Shown: positions 9,377 through 17,636, counted from the stretch's first letter. The stretch: DNA of 64,000 nucleotides from Candidatus Staskawiczbacteria bacterium (GCA_903928565.1 CAIYRH010000010.1:41614-105613), one strand, 5' to 3'. A program made the numbers and translations. Notes: generated by a model not told the origin, from the sequence alone.

Positions 9377-11027
9377 AAAAATTTTACACTCACAATCTAA
9401 AAGCATAAGTTCTGCTTCTTTAATTTTGGCGGTGTCTTCTTTGGCGTCTGCTATTTTGGGTCTGCTTAGAGACCGTTTGCTGGCAGGAACATTCGGCGCT
9501 GGGGATAAACTAGATGTTTATTATTCTGCTTTTACTGTTCCAGATTTTATTGCTTTAATTTTAATTTTTGGTGCAATTTCGGCCGCCGTAATACCTATGT
9601 TTAGCGGGTACTTAATAAAATCAAAAGACGAGGCTTGGAAATATTTTTCAACTTTGTTAAATGTTTTCTTAGGTTTTTTGATTGTAGTTTCTTTAATTTT
9701 AATAATTTTTGCCCCCTCAATTATTTCTTTAACAGCTCCAGGATTTTCTGGACAAAAGAAAGAAATGGCAATTTTGTTAATGCGTATTATGTTTTTAAGT
9801 CCAATTATTTTGGGGGCTTCAAATATGATAAGCGGAGTGTTGCAAATTTTTCACAGGTTTTTGGTAACAGCTATGGCGCCGTTATTATACAACCTTGGCA
9901 TTATAATAGGAATTGTATTTTTTGTGCCGGCGTTTGGTTTGCAGGGGTTGGCTTGGGGTGTAGTGTTGGGTGGAGTAATGCACCTGCTAATTCAAATTCC
10001 TTCATTATTTTTTTCGGGGTTTAAATATAAAGCTAGTTTTAATTATAAAGACCCCGGTGTAGTAAAAACAATTAAGCTAATGGCGCCCAGATCGCTTGGG
10101 TTGGGGGCGGGCCAGTTAAGCACAATTGCAACCACGGCCATTGCCTCAACGCTTTTGGCGGGATCAATTGCGGTTTTTAATTTGGCAAACAACTTGTCTT
10201 TAATTTTAGTTAATGCCATTGCAGCTTCGGTTTCAACAGCGTCTTTCCCGTCAATGTCTATGGCTTTTTTGAAAGACGAAAAGAGCGAATTTTTAAGAAA
10301 ATTTTCTAGCATTTTACGCCAGATGATATTTTTAGTGGTTCCGTTAAGTTTGCTTCTTTTGTTGTTGAGGGCGCAAATTGTTAGGGCGGTTTTGGGAGTT
10401 GGAAAATTTGGCTGGGCCGATACAAAGTTAACAACCGCCTGTCTTGGCATATTGGCAATTAATTTAATTGCTCAGGCGTTAATTCTATTTTTATCGAAAA
10501 CTTTTTATGCAGCTCATAATACAAAAATTCCAGCAATTATAAGTGGAGTCACCGTGGCCATTAACATAGCCCTTAGTTTAATTTTAGTTTGGTTAATAAA
10601 ATTCTTACCCGGAGTTAATTTATTTTTAGTAGATTTTTTAAGATTAGGTGGCGTTAAAGATATTGGTGTTATTGGCTTGGTTATGGCTTATTCTATCAGC
10701 AGTGTATTGCAACTCTATTTTCTGTTGCGCATGTTTTATAGAAAATTTATGAAACTTCAACCGGCAGGAAAAACAAAAGATATTTTTAATTCATTGTATA
10801 AAGTTTTAATTGCAAGCGTCATAATGTTTATTGTAACTTTTACTGTAAGGCAATTTTTGGGATCTGTGTTAAGTTTGCAAACTTTTTGGGGAATATTTTT
10901 TCAGTTGGCGGTTTCTGGTACGGTTGGCGTAGTAACTTATGCAATTGCCACACACTTGCTAAAGTCGCCCGAGAACAAGGCAATTATGGATTCTTTTTTA
11001 AAAAAGTTTTTATACCCCAATAGATAA
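9369..11027 (+). CDS. murJ: lipid II flippase MurJ
   Basis: 552-aa polytopic membrane protein. N-terminus SASLILAVSSLASAILGLLRDRLLAGTFGAG and PSMS motifs are typical of MurJ/MviN. Confidence 0.88.
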   Translation: MFKKILHSQSKSISSASLILAVSSLASAILGLLRDRLLAGTFGAGDKLDVYYSAFTVPDFIALILIFGAISAAVIPMFSGYLIKSKDEAWKYFSTLLNVFLGFLIVVSLILIIFAPSIISLTAPGFSGQKKEMAILLMRIMFLSPIILGASNMISGVLQIFHRFLVTAMAPLLYNLGIIIGIVFFVPAFGLQGLAWGVVLGGVMHLLIQIPSLFFSGFKYKASFNYKDPGVVKTIKLMAPRSLGLGAGQLSTIATTAIASTLLAGSIAVFNLANNLSLILVNAIAASVSTASFPSMSMAFLKDEKSEFLRKFSSILRQMIFLVVPLSLLLLLLRAQIVRAVLGVGKFGWADTKLTTACLGILAINLIAQALILFLSKTFYAAHNTKIPAIISGVTVAINIALSLILVWLIKFLPGVNLFLVDFLRLGGVKDIGVIGLVMAYSISSVLQLYFLLRMFYRKFMKLQPAGKTKDIFNSLYKVLIASVIMFIVTFTVRQFLGSVLSLQTFWGIFFQLAVSGTVGVVTYAIATHLLKSPENKAIMDSFLKKFLYPNR

Positions 11028-11028
11028 A

Positions 11029-12831
11029 ATGCAAGAAAACGTTAGAAATTTTAGCATAATAGCCCACATTGACCATGGAAAGTCGACACTTGCCGATAGG
11101 CTTTTGGAGTTAACAAATACTATAGACAAGAAAAAAATGATGCCGCAATTTTTAGATTCGATGGATTTAGAAAGAGAAAAGGGCATTACCATAAAACTTA
11201 AAGCCATTAGAATGAACTACAATTTTGAGGGCAAAGACTACATTTTAAATTTGGTCGATACTCCTGGCCACGTTGATTTTTCTTATGAAGTTTCAAGGTC
11301 TATGGAGGCCGTTGAAGGCGCTGTTTTGTTGGTTGATGCAACGCAAGGAATTCAAGCGCAAACATTGGCTAATTTGGAATTGGCAAAAAAGCAAAATTTA
11401 AAAATTATTCCAGTTGTAAATAAAATTGATAGCCCAATTGCCAACGTTGAAGAAACTTTAGAAGAACTTTCTAATTTGTTGCAGGTTATGCCCGAAGACA
11501 TTATAAAAATTTCGGCAAAAGATGGAACAAACGTTCTGCAAGTTTTAGAAACAATTATAAAAGAAGTCCCTCCGCCAAAAGAGTCAGTTAAGCAAGATTT
11601 TAGGGCTTTAATTTTTGATTCTGAATACGACTCTTTTAAAGGAGTTATTGCTTATGTTAGGGTTATTGATGGCGAAATTTCTAATGGAGAAAAAATAGAA
11701 TTAATGGCAACCAAGGCCCCCGCCGAAGTGAAAGAATTGGGTTATTTAAACCCAACATTTTCTGCAAAAGATAAAATTAAGGCAGGTGACATTGGATACA
11801 TTGCCACAGGAATTAAAGAGCCCGGAAAAGTTACCGCCGGAGACACAATTATAAAGTTACAAACAGTTGCCACAAAGGGTACGGTGCAGGCTTTGCCCGG
11901 CTACCAAGAACCAAAGCCAATGGTTTTTGCCAGTTTGTACCCTGAAAACCCCGACGACTTTGACATGTTAAAAGTTGCTTTGGGAAAATTGAAATTAAGC
12001 GACCCAGCACTGGTTTTTGAACAAGAAATGAAAGAGGCGTTGGGCCGTGGTTTCAATTGTGGATTTTTGGGCACTTTGCACATTGAAATTATTTCGGAAA
12101 GGTTGCAAAGGGAATTTGGACTAGATTTAGTAATTTCTGTGCCTTCGGTTGTTTATAGAATTTATGATCAAAAAGGAAAAGAAATTGTTATTCATTCGGC
12201 TTCCGATTGGCCAGAAAACCCTTCAACTATTAAAAATACAGAAGAGCCCTGGGTTTCTTTAGAAGTTATTGCTCCTTCAAGCCAAATGGGGAAATTAATG
12301 GAAATTCTAAAAAGTTTAAAAGGGAATTACGTTACAACAAACTATTTAAGCGCCGAAAGAGTTATTATAGTTTTTGAAACTCCTTTGCGTGGAATTATTG
12401 CTAACCTTTACGACAAGATAAAAACAGCTAGCCAAGGCTATGCTTCAATGAGTTATAACCTTTTAGGGTACAAGCCGGGTAAATTAGTTAAAATGGAAAT
12501 TTGGGTGGCAGGGCACAAAGAAGAAGCATTTTCACGAATTGTTGCCGAAGACGAAGCTTATGCTGAAGGCAAAAGAATGGTTGAAAAATTAAAAGACGTT
12601 TTACCACCAGAACAATTTTCTGTGGCGTTGCAGGCAGTTATTTATGGAAAAGTTATTGCCAGAGAAACTATTAAAGCATACATGAAAGATGTGGCAGGTT
12701 ATTTATATGGGGGAGATGTTACCAGAAAAAATAAACTGCGCGATAAACAGAAAAAAGGTAAAAAACTAATGAAACAAAAGGGGAAAGTTAATGTGCCCAC
12801 AAAAGCCTTTTTAGAAGTGTTTAGGGCTTAA
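11029..12831 (+). CDS. lepA: elongation factor 4 (LepA)
   Basis: RNFSIIAHIDHGKSTLADRLL, DTPGHVDF and NKID GTPase motifs, plus the LepA C-terminal domain. Confidence 0.96.
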   Translation: MQENVRNFSIIAHIDHGKSTLADRLLELTNTIDKKKMMPQFLDSMDLEREKGITIKLKAIRMNYNFEGKDYILNLVDTPGHVDFSYEVSRSMEAVEGAVLLVDATQGIQAQTLANLELAKKQNLKIIPVVNKIDSPIANVEETLEELSNLLQVMPEDIIKISAKDGTNVLQVLETIIKEVPPPKESVKQDFRALIFDSEYDSFKGVIAYVRVIDGEISNGEKIELMATKAPAEVKELGYLNPTFSAKDKIKAGDIGYIATGIKEPGKVTAGDTIIKLQTVATKGTVQALPGYQEPKPMVFASLYPENPDDFDMLKVALGKLKLSDPALVFEQEMKEALGRGFNCGFLGTLHIEIISERLQREFGLDLVISVPSVVYRIYDQKGKEIVIHSASDWPENPSTIKNTEEPWVSLEVIAPSSQMGKLMEILKSLKGNYVTTNYLSAERVIIVFETPLRGIIANLYDKIKTASQGYASMSYNLLGYKPGKLVKMEIWVAGHKEEAFSRIVAEDEAYAEGKRMVEKLKDVLPPEQFSVALQAVIYGKVIARETIKAYMKDVAGYLYGGDVTRKNKLRDKQKKGKKLMKQKGKVNVPTKAFLEVFRA

Positions 12832-12879
12832 CTTATATATTAGATAGAGTATAATTATATAATATATAAATATAACAAT

Positions 12880-13677
12880 ATGAACAAAAAAATATTTGTA
12901 ATTACGATATTATTAATTATCTCTTTTTGTGTGGCTCCGGTTGTGCTTGCAGAAGTAATGACAACTCAACAGCGCGAGGCTAAAATGGCACAACTTAGGT
13001 TGCAAATAGCCCAGCTTCAGCTACGAATTGCGCAACTAACAGGTTCTGCCGCCCCAAAGTGTACTTCTAATTGGCAAATTGGTTCGTGGAGTATTTGCAC
13101 GGGCAACAAGCAAACACGTATTACCACGGACTTAAATAATTGCTCTACACCAACAAGCAGGCCAGTTGTCACGCAAAGTTGTTCAACAAAACCAATTGAC
13201 ATTAGTGCCAATGGTTCGGACGGTCCGTTGAATATTTTTTTAACAGTGGGAAATGGAGCAACACCAAATGGTGCGGGTGTTAATTTAACTTCAAATGTAA
13301 ATTTGCAGTGGGCTGGAACAAATGTATCTTCATGTGTGGCCTCAGACACTGCAAAGCCAACAGTATTTTCTGGGCACAAAGCATTTTCTGGCAACCAAAC
13401 AGTAACTTTGTCTGGGACAATTCCGGCCACAGCAAGCACAAACAAAATTTCAGCAAATTTTAAAATGAGTTGCGTTTCAACTATTAGCGGTTCGCAAGTA
13501 AGCGACAACATTACCGTAAATCTTTTTTATACAGTTGACGGTTATTGCAACACTAATTGGCAATGCCAGGCATGGAGTGCTTGCGTTTCGGGAAGGCAGA
13601 CTAGAACATGCACAGATTACAGCGGTTGCGGTTCTTTAACCAATAAACCGGCAATAACCCAAGTTTGCACTCAATAG
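12880..13677 (+). CDS. secreted protein with two thrombospondin-type-1-like Cys/Trp modules
   Basis: Signal/TM segment and a QLRLQIAQLQLRIAQL coiled stretch. The modules CTSNWQIGSWSICTGNKQTRITTDLNNC and CNTNWQCQAWSACVSGRQTRTCTDYSGC flank a Ser/Thr-rich middle. Confidence 0.65.
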   Translation: MNKKIFVITILLIISFCVAPVVLAEVMTTQQREAKMAQLRLQIAQLQLRIAQLTGSAAPKCTSNWQIGSWSICTGNKQTRITTDLNNCSTPTSRPVVTQSCSTKPIDISANGSDGPLNIFLTVGNGATPNGAGVNLTSNVNLQWAGTNVSSCVASDTAKPTVFSGHKAFSGNQTVTLSGTIPATASTNKISANFKMSCVSTISGSQVSDNITVNLFYTVDGYCNTNWQCQAWSACVSGRQTRTCTDYSGCGSLTNKPAITQVCTQ

Positions 13678-13686
13678 GGGAAACAC

Positions 13687-13715
13687 TTGACAAGAAATTA
13701 AAACAGACGTATAAT
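13687..13715 (+). promoter_or_regulatory. perfect-consensus sigma70 promoter facing G+C-rich island 1
   Basis: TTGACA (13687-13692), exactly 17 nt spacer, TATAAT (13710-13715). Confidence 0.8.
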
Positions 13716-13748
13716 TGACGCATATTTTAGTTACAGCACATTAACAAA

Positions 13749-13809
13749 GATAGATCATGGCTTAAAGGAAATTTGCCTAAAAGCGGTTTTTTTTGAGCCG
13801 TGATCTATC
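13749..13809 (+). promoter_or_regulatory. long leader hairpin between the promoter and the island-1 ORF
   Basis: 14-bp stem GATAGATCATGGCT / AGCCGTGATCTATC (one G-U pair) enclosing a 33-nt loop that contains a T8 run. Confidence 0.6.
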
Positions 13810-13870
13810 CTAAACCCAAATTGTTCGGATAGAAGTCTCGGTAATGGAAAAAGATCGAAGATAAAAAACC

Positions 13871-14326
13871 ATGAAGAAGGAAATTCCACCCTGGGTAGAC
13901 GAAGAAAAACACCTGACTCGGCCGTTGAGTAACGGCAAAAAACCCCCGGGGTCGAGGATCTACTGCGTTCGTTCCGGTAAGCCGCTGAAAGACGTGGCGC
14001 ATGGGTCCGATCGCTGTCACAAACGGTACGAGATCCACACCATTCTCAGGAACATCGATGAGTTCCGCGAAGGTGATGGAGTATATTCTGTGACGTTCAG
14101 CAGCCAACCCTCTCCGCCGACGGAGGAGGAACTGCGTCATCAACGCCGGCAGTCGCCGCTGTATAAGTGCATCGAAGGTAAGAAATGCAACGTCACCGTG
14201 ACGTCTAATGGCGTTTCTCTCTGGGGCGGGAAGCAACAGAAGGCCCGCCGGCGCCACGGTAGCAAGCGCTGCCGCAAAAACAGCGTTCGCGAACAAGTGT
14301 TCGCGCTCCAACCCCAACCCTGCTAA
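13871..14326 (+). CDS. hypothetical protein encoded in G+C-rich island 1
   Basis: 151-aa ORF. About two thirds of its codons end in G/C (counted by hand: 101 of 151), versus A/T-ending codons in neighbouring genes. No family recognised. It ends ...LQPQPC, inside the CCAACCCCAACCC motif. Confidence 0.5.
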   Translation: MKKEIPPWVDEEKHLTRPLSNGKKPPGSRIYCVRSGKPLKDVAHGSDRCHKRYEIHTILRNIDEFREGDGVYSVTFSSQPSPPTEEELRHQRRQSPLYKCIEGKKCNVTVTSNGVSLWGGKQQKARRRHGSKRCRKNSVREQVFALQPQPC

Positions 14327-14441
14327 CCCTCGCCCCCCAGCACCCACACCCCAGCAAAAAACTTTCCCCGAACAGCCACCCCCTATGGCGGGTATCACTA
14401 AGCAAGCGAAAGCGAGCAAACGTGGTACCCGTCCTATTTTT

Positions 14442-15848
14442 TTATACTTCAAAAGATTGCCCCATTGTTGGAATTTCAACAGGCAATAATGGATAAGATT
14501 TTTCCATTAATTCTTTAAAAACAGTAGCTTGAGGAAGCTCTGTGTGAACTAAAAATAATCTTTGTAAATTTTTAACATGCGCAATGTAAGAAGACAAATC
14601 GTTTTGGTCTGCGTGAGCTGAAAATTCGTGAAGAGTTTTTACTTGTGCCCTAATTTTATATTCTTTTCCATAAATTTTAACTGGACTAATTCCATCCTGA
14701 ATTTTTCTGCCCAAAGTGTCTTCCGCTTGATAACCTGTAATTAAAATTATATTTTGTGGGTTTTCTATATTGTTTTTTAAATGGTGTAAAACCCTGCCAC
14801 CTTCGCACATTCCCGAGGCGCAAATTATCATCATGGGGCCTGGTTTATTGTTTAAAGATTTTGACTCTTCAATTGTGCGCACGTAAGTTAAATTATTTAT
14901 TGAAAATGCCGATTGCCCGCGCGAGCCAAAATCCCTCTGAAAGTTTCCGTTAAAATCTTTTATATATTTTGGAAAAATTTCTGTAATGTTTTTTGCCAAC
15001 GGGCTGTCTATGTAAATTGGAATTGCAGGAATTAATTTTTGGTCTAAAAGTTTGTGTAAAATGTAAATAATGTCTTGTGTTCGGCCCAATGAAAAAGCGG
15101 GCACAATTATTTTACCTTTATTTTTTATTACAGTTGCAATTGCCCCTTTAAAACTTCCGGTGGCGTCGGTAATGGGGCTGTGGTTTTTGTCGCCATAGGT
15201 GCATTCTGTAATAAGCGTTTGCACATCTTCTTGAATGTATTCTGGACGGGGTAAAATAGGGGAATACTCTCTGCCTAAGTCGCCGGTGAAGGCAAGGGTT
15301 TTAACTGTCTCGCCCTCTTTTATTTCCAAGAAAATTATGGCCGAACCCAAAATATGGCCGGCATCGTAAAACTTAAACCGAATGTTTTCATTTAAAGCTG
15401 TCCATTGCCCAGTGTGCTTAAAATAATCTATTGTTTCAAAATGTTCAACAACTTTTAAAACGTCTTGCTCGGTGTAAATGGGAGAAATTTGGTCTGCGGG
15501 ATTTTCTGTGTGCTTGTTAAAATACAGGGCGTCTTGCTTTTGAATTTCGGCGGCATCTAGCATAATATATTTTGCAATTTCGGCGGTGGCTGGTGTGCAG
15601 TAAATTTTCCCCTCAAAGCCGTCTTTAACTAAAATAGGCAGAGTGCCACAGTGGTCTAGGTGAGCATGAGAAAGTATAACAGCATTAATTTCTTTTGGCT
15701 CAAAGGGTAGAGTGCGGTTTAGCCGGTTAGACTCGTCTCTTCTGCCTTGGTAAAACCCGCAATCTAAAAGCAAGTTGTAGCCGTTTGTTTGAATTAAGTG
15801 TTTTGAGCCGGTAACATTTTGGTCGGCTCCTAAAAAGTTTATTTTCAT
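14442..15848 (-). CDS. MBL-fold beta-CASP RNA-metabolising hydrolase (RNase J/CPSF-like)
   Basis: HAHLDHCG metallo-beta-lactamase motif and a beta-CASP layout (FSAHADQNDL near the C-terminus). 468 aa. Confidence 0.85.
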   Translation of the reverse strand: MKINFLGADQNVTGSKHLIQTNGYNLLLDCGFYQGRRDESNRLNRTLPFEPKEINAVILSHAHLDHCGTLPILVKDGFEGKIYCTPATAEIAKYIMLDAAEIQKQDALYFNKHTENPADQISPIYTEQDVLKVVEHFETIDYFKHTGQWTALNENIRFKFYDAGHILGSAIIFLEIKEGETVKTLAFTGDLGREYSPILPRPEYIQEDVQTLITECTYGDKNHSPITDATGSFKGAIATVIKNKGKIIVPAFSLGRTQDIIYILHKLLDQKLIPAIPIYIDSPLAKNITEIFPKYIKDFNGNFQRDFGSRGQSAFSINNLTYVRTIEESKSLNNKPGPMMIICASGMCEGGRVLHHLKNNIENPQNIILITGYQAEDTLGRKIQDGISPVKIYGKEYKIRAQVKTLHEFSAHADQNDLSSYIAHVKNLQRLFLVHTELPQATVFKELMEKSYPLLPVEIPTMGQSFEV

Positions 15849-15956
15849 ATTATGTCATTTTATCATAGTAGCCAAAATATTAGAAACCAAATGCAACTTG
15901 ATTGGATTAGATTTTTGTGTTAAAGTAACACTATTACAAAATTATTTTGTAATTCG

Positions 15957-16027
15957 TGGGCCGTGGAGGAGTAGTACCTCGGCAGTCTCATAAGCTGCAG
16001 GCCCCCGTGCAATTCGGGGCGGCCCAA
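15957..16027 (+). tRNA. tRNA-like gene, anticodon CAU, with non-canonical D and T loops
   Basis: A 71-nt cloverleaf can be drawn: acceptor TGGGCCG/CGGCCCA, D arm GAGG-AGTAGTA-CCTC, anticodon arm GCAGT-CTCATAA-GCTGC, T arm CCCCG-TGCAATT-CGGGG. It lacks the D-loop GG and the T-loop TTC. Confidence 0.45.
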
Positions 16028-16049
16028 CAAAATTAGATATTGAATTGAC

Positions 16050-16304
16050 ATGTGGTTTGTTTATATAATCAAATGTGTTGATGGTTCTTTATACACCGGT
16101 TTTACCAATAACTTGGAAAAAAGGTTTGAAAAACATAAAAGTGGTACGGCTAGTAAATATACAAGATCGCATAAACCGGAAAAAATTGTATTTTTTAAAA
16201 AATTCACCAGTAAAATTGCGGCTCTTAAAAAAGAAAGAGAAATTAAAAAATTGACGAGAAAAGAAAAATTAAGCTTTTTGCAAAGTCATAAAATGCCGGG
16301 GTAG
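16050..16304 (+). CDS. GIY-YIG nuclease-family protein (UPF0213-like)
   Basis: FVYIIKCVDGSLYTGFTNNLEKRFEKHKSG is a GIY-YIG core. The last 10 nt, including the stop codon, lie inside the next tRNA gene. Confidence 0.85.
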   Translation: MWFVYIIKCVDGSLYTGFTNNLEKRFEKHKSGTASKYTRSHKPEKIVFFKKFTSKIAALKKEREIKKLTRKEKLSFLQSHKMPG

Positions 16305-16368
16305 CTCAGTTGGTAAGAGCGCAACACTCATAACGTTGAGGTCGTGGGTTCGACTCCCACCCTCGGCA
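16295..16368 (+). tRNA. tRNA with CAU anticodon (elongator Met or Ile2; not initiator-like)
   Basis: Canonical cloverleaf: acceptor GCCGGGG/CCTCGGC, D loop AGTTGGTAA, anticodon loop CTCATAA, T arm GTGGG-TTCGACT-CCCAC. The 1-72 position is paired, and the anticodon stem has no GGG/CCC. Confidence 0.9.
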
Positions 16369-16375
16369 CAAACAT

Positions 16376-16451
16376 GCGGGCATAGTCCAGCCTGGTTTAA
16401 GACGCCTCCCTGTCACGGAGGAGATCGGGGGTTCAAATCCCCCTGCCCGCG
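16376..16451 (+). tRNA. tRNA-Asp (GUC)
   Basis: Acceptor GCGGGCA/TGCCCGC, anticodon arm CCTCC-CTGTCAC-GGAGG, T arm GGGGG-TTCAAAT-CCCCC. Confidence 0.92.
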
Positions 16452-16460
16452 CTTTTTTAA

Positions 16461-16488
16461 AGCCACCTTTCAATTGAGGTGGCTTTTG
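16461..16488 (+). terminator. terminator after the tRNA pair
   Basis: 8-bp stem AGCCACCT/AGGTGGCT followed by TTTTGG. Confidence 0.7.
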
Positions 16489-16526
16489 GTATATAATAAG
16501 TTTAATTAAATTTACATTATATAACT

Positions 16527-17432
16527 ATGCCAGTTAACGTGCCCGATAAATTACCAGCAATAGAAACTCTTAAAAAAGAGGATATTTTTGTCATGAAAAG
16601 GACAGACGCTCTTCATCAGGATATTCATCCGCAAAAGATAATTCTGTTAAATATAATGCCGACTAAAATAGCAACTGAAACACAAATTTTACGTTTATTG
16701 TCTAATTCTCCTTTGCAAATTGAATTATATCTTCTTCATCCTAAAAGTCACAAGCCAAAAAATACTTCTATAAAACACATGAAGATGTTTTATAAGACTT
16801 TTGACGAATTGAAAAAAAATAAATACGATGGTTTAATAATCACGGGAGCCCCAGTTGAAAGTATTCCTTTTGAAGAAGTTGATTATTGGGAAGAGTTAAA
16901 AGAAATTATGGATTGGAGTAAAAAAAATGTGACTTCCACTTTTTTTATTTGCTGGGCGGCTCAAGCTGGACTTTACCATTTTTACGGCATAGAAAAGCAT
17001 AAATTGCCAAAAAAAATGTTTGGCGTTTTTCCTCACAAAGTCCTTAATAAAAATGTACCATTGGTGAGAGGGTTTGACGACATTTTTTTTGCGCCACACT
17101 CACATTACACGGAAGTTAGAACAAAAGATATTAAAAAAATAAAAAAACTATCACTTATATCTGAATCTGACGAGGCTGGAGTTTATATTGTAGCCTCAAA
17201 AGATAAAAAGCAGATATTTGTGATGGGGCATTCGGAATATGACCCGCTGACTTTAAAAGAAGAATTAGACAGAGATTTAGAAAAAGGTTTGAATACAAGC
17301 GTGCCTAAAAATTATTTTGTGAAGGACAATCCAAAAAATAAACCTGTTGTAAATTGGAGAAGTCACTCAAGTTTATTGTTTATTAATTGGTTAAATTATT
17401 ATGTTTACCAAAAAAACGGGAACGATATTTAA
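16527..17432 (+). CDS. metA: homoserine O-acyltransferase MetA
   Basis: [15 protein letters not shown] start, [20 protein letters not shown] and [10 protein letters not shown] are typical of MetA (HTS/HTA). Confidence 0.9.
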   Translation: MPVNVPDKLPAIETLKKEDIFVMKRTDALHQDIHPQKIILLNIMPTKIATETQILRLLSNSPLQIELYLLHPKSHKPKNTSIKHMKMFYKTFDELKKNKYDGLIITGAPVESIPFEEVDYWEELKEIMDWSKKNVTSTFFICWAAQAGLYHFYGIEKHKLPKKMFGVFPHKVLNKNVPLVRGFDDIFFAPHSHYTEVRTKDIKKIKKLSLISESDEAGVYIVASKDKKQIFVMGHSEYDPLTLKEELDRDLEKGLNTSVPKNYFVKDNPKNKPVVNWRSHSSLLFINWLNYYVYQKNGNDI

Positions 17433-17455
17433 TTAATTATTTATTTCAACTACTA

Positions 17456-17506
17456 GCCACCTTTCTTGTCCTGAGCATAGGCGAAGGATAATTAGGGTGG
17501 TTTTTT
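17456..17506 (+). terminator. metA terminator of the GCCACC...GGTGG type, carrying a 25-nt G+C-rich insert in its loop
   Basis: Outer stem CCACC(T)/(G)GGTGG followed by T6. Compared with the uninterrupted copy at 17788-17816, the loop contains an extra CTTGTCCTGAGCATAGGCGAAGGAT. Confidence 0.6.
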
Positions 17507-17547
17507 GGTTGTAAGGAAATGCCTGGCCTGCAGTCATATATGTATAG

Positions 17548-17614
17548 CCCTTAAATTACGAAATGATTTTGAGCCAATTAATTTAAATCAAAAATTTCAT
17601 TTCGTAATTTAGGG
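17548..17614. repeat. 18/19-bp inverted repeat with a 30-nt spacer
   Basis: The arms CCCTTAAATTACGAAATGA (17548-17566) and TCATTTCGTAATTTAGGG (17597-17614) are complementary except for one extra T. Confidence 0.8.
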
Positions 17615-17636
17615 ATAAAAATTAAAGAATAAATAT

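Noticed and set aside
9635-10024. 129-aa + strand ORF in another frame of murJ
   Set aside because: It is fully embedded in murJ and reads as low-complexity Phe/Asn-rich translation of AT-rich sequence.
13805-14479. 224-aa minus-strand ORF and other overlapping ORFs (14205-14405, 14208-14489) in island 1
   Set aside because: G+C-rich DNA is stop-poor in several frames. The minus-strand ORF overlaps the 3' end of the MBL gene and reads as Arg/Ala/Gly-rich shadow sequence. Only the + frame 13871-14326 has a plausible start context and codon pattern, so only that frame was kept, and with moderate confidence.
17545-17556. Shared TAGCCCTTAAA string at 17545 and 57471 as evidence of a common mobile element
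   Set aside because: Only about 11-14 nt are shared in AT-rich context, which is too short to distinguish from chance.
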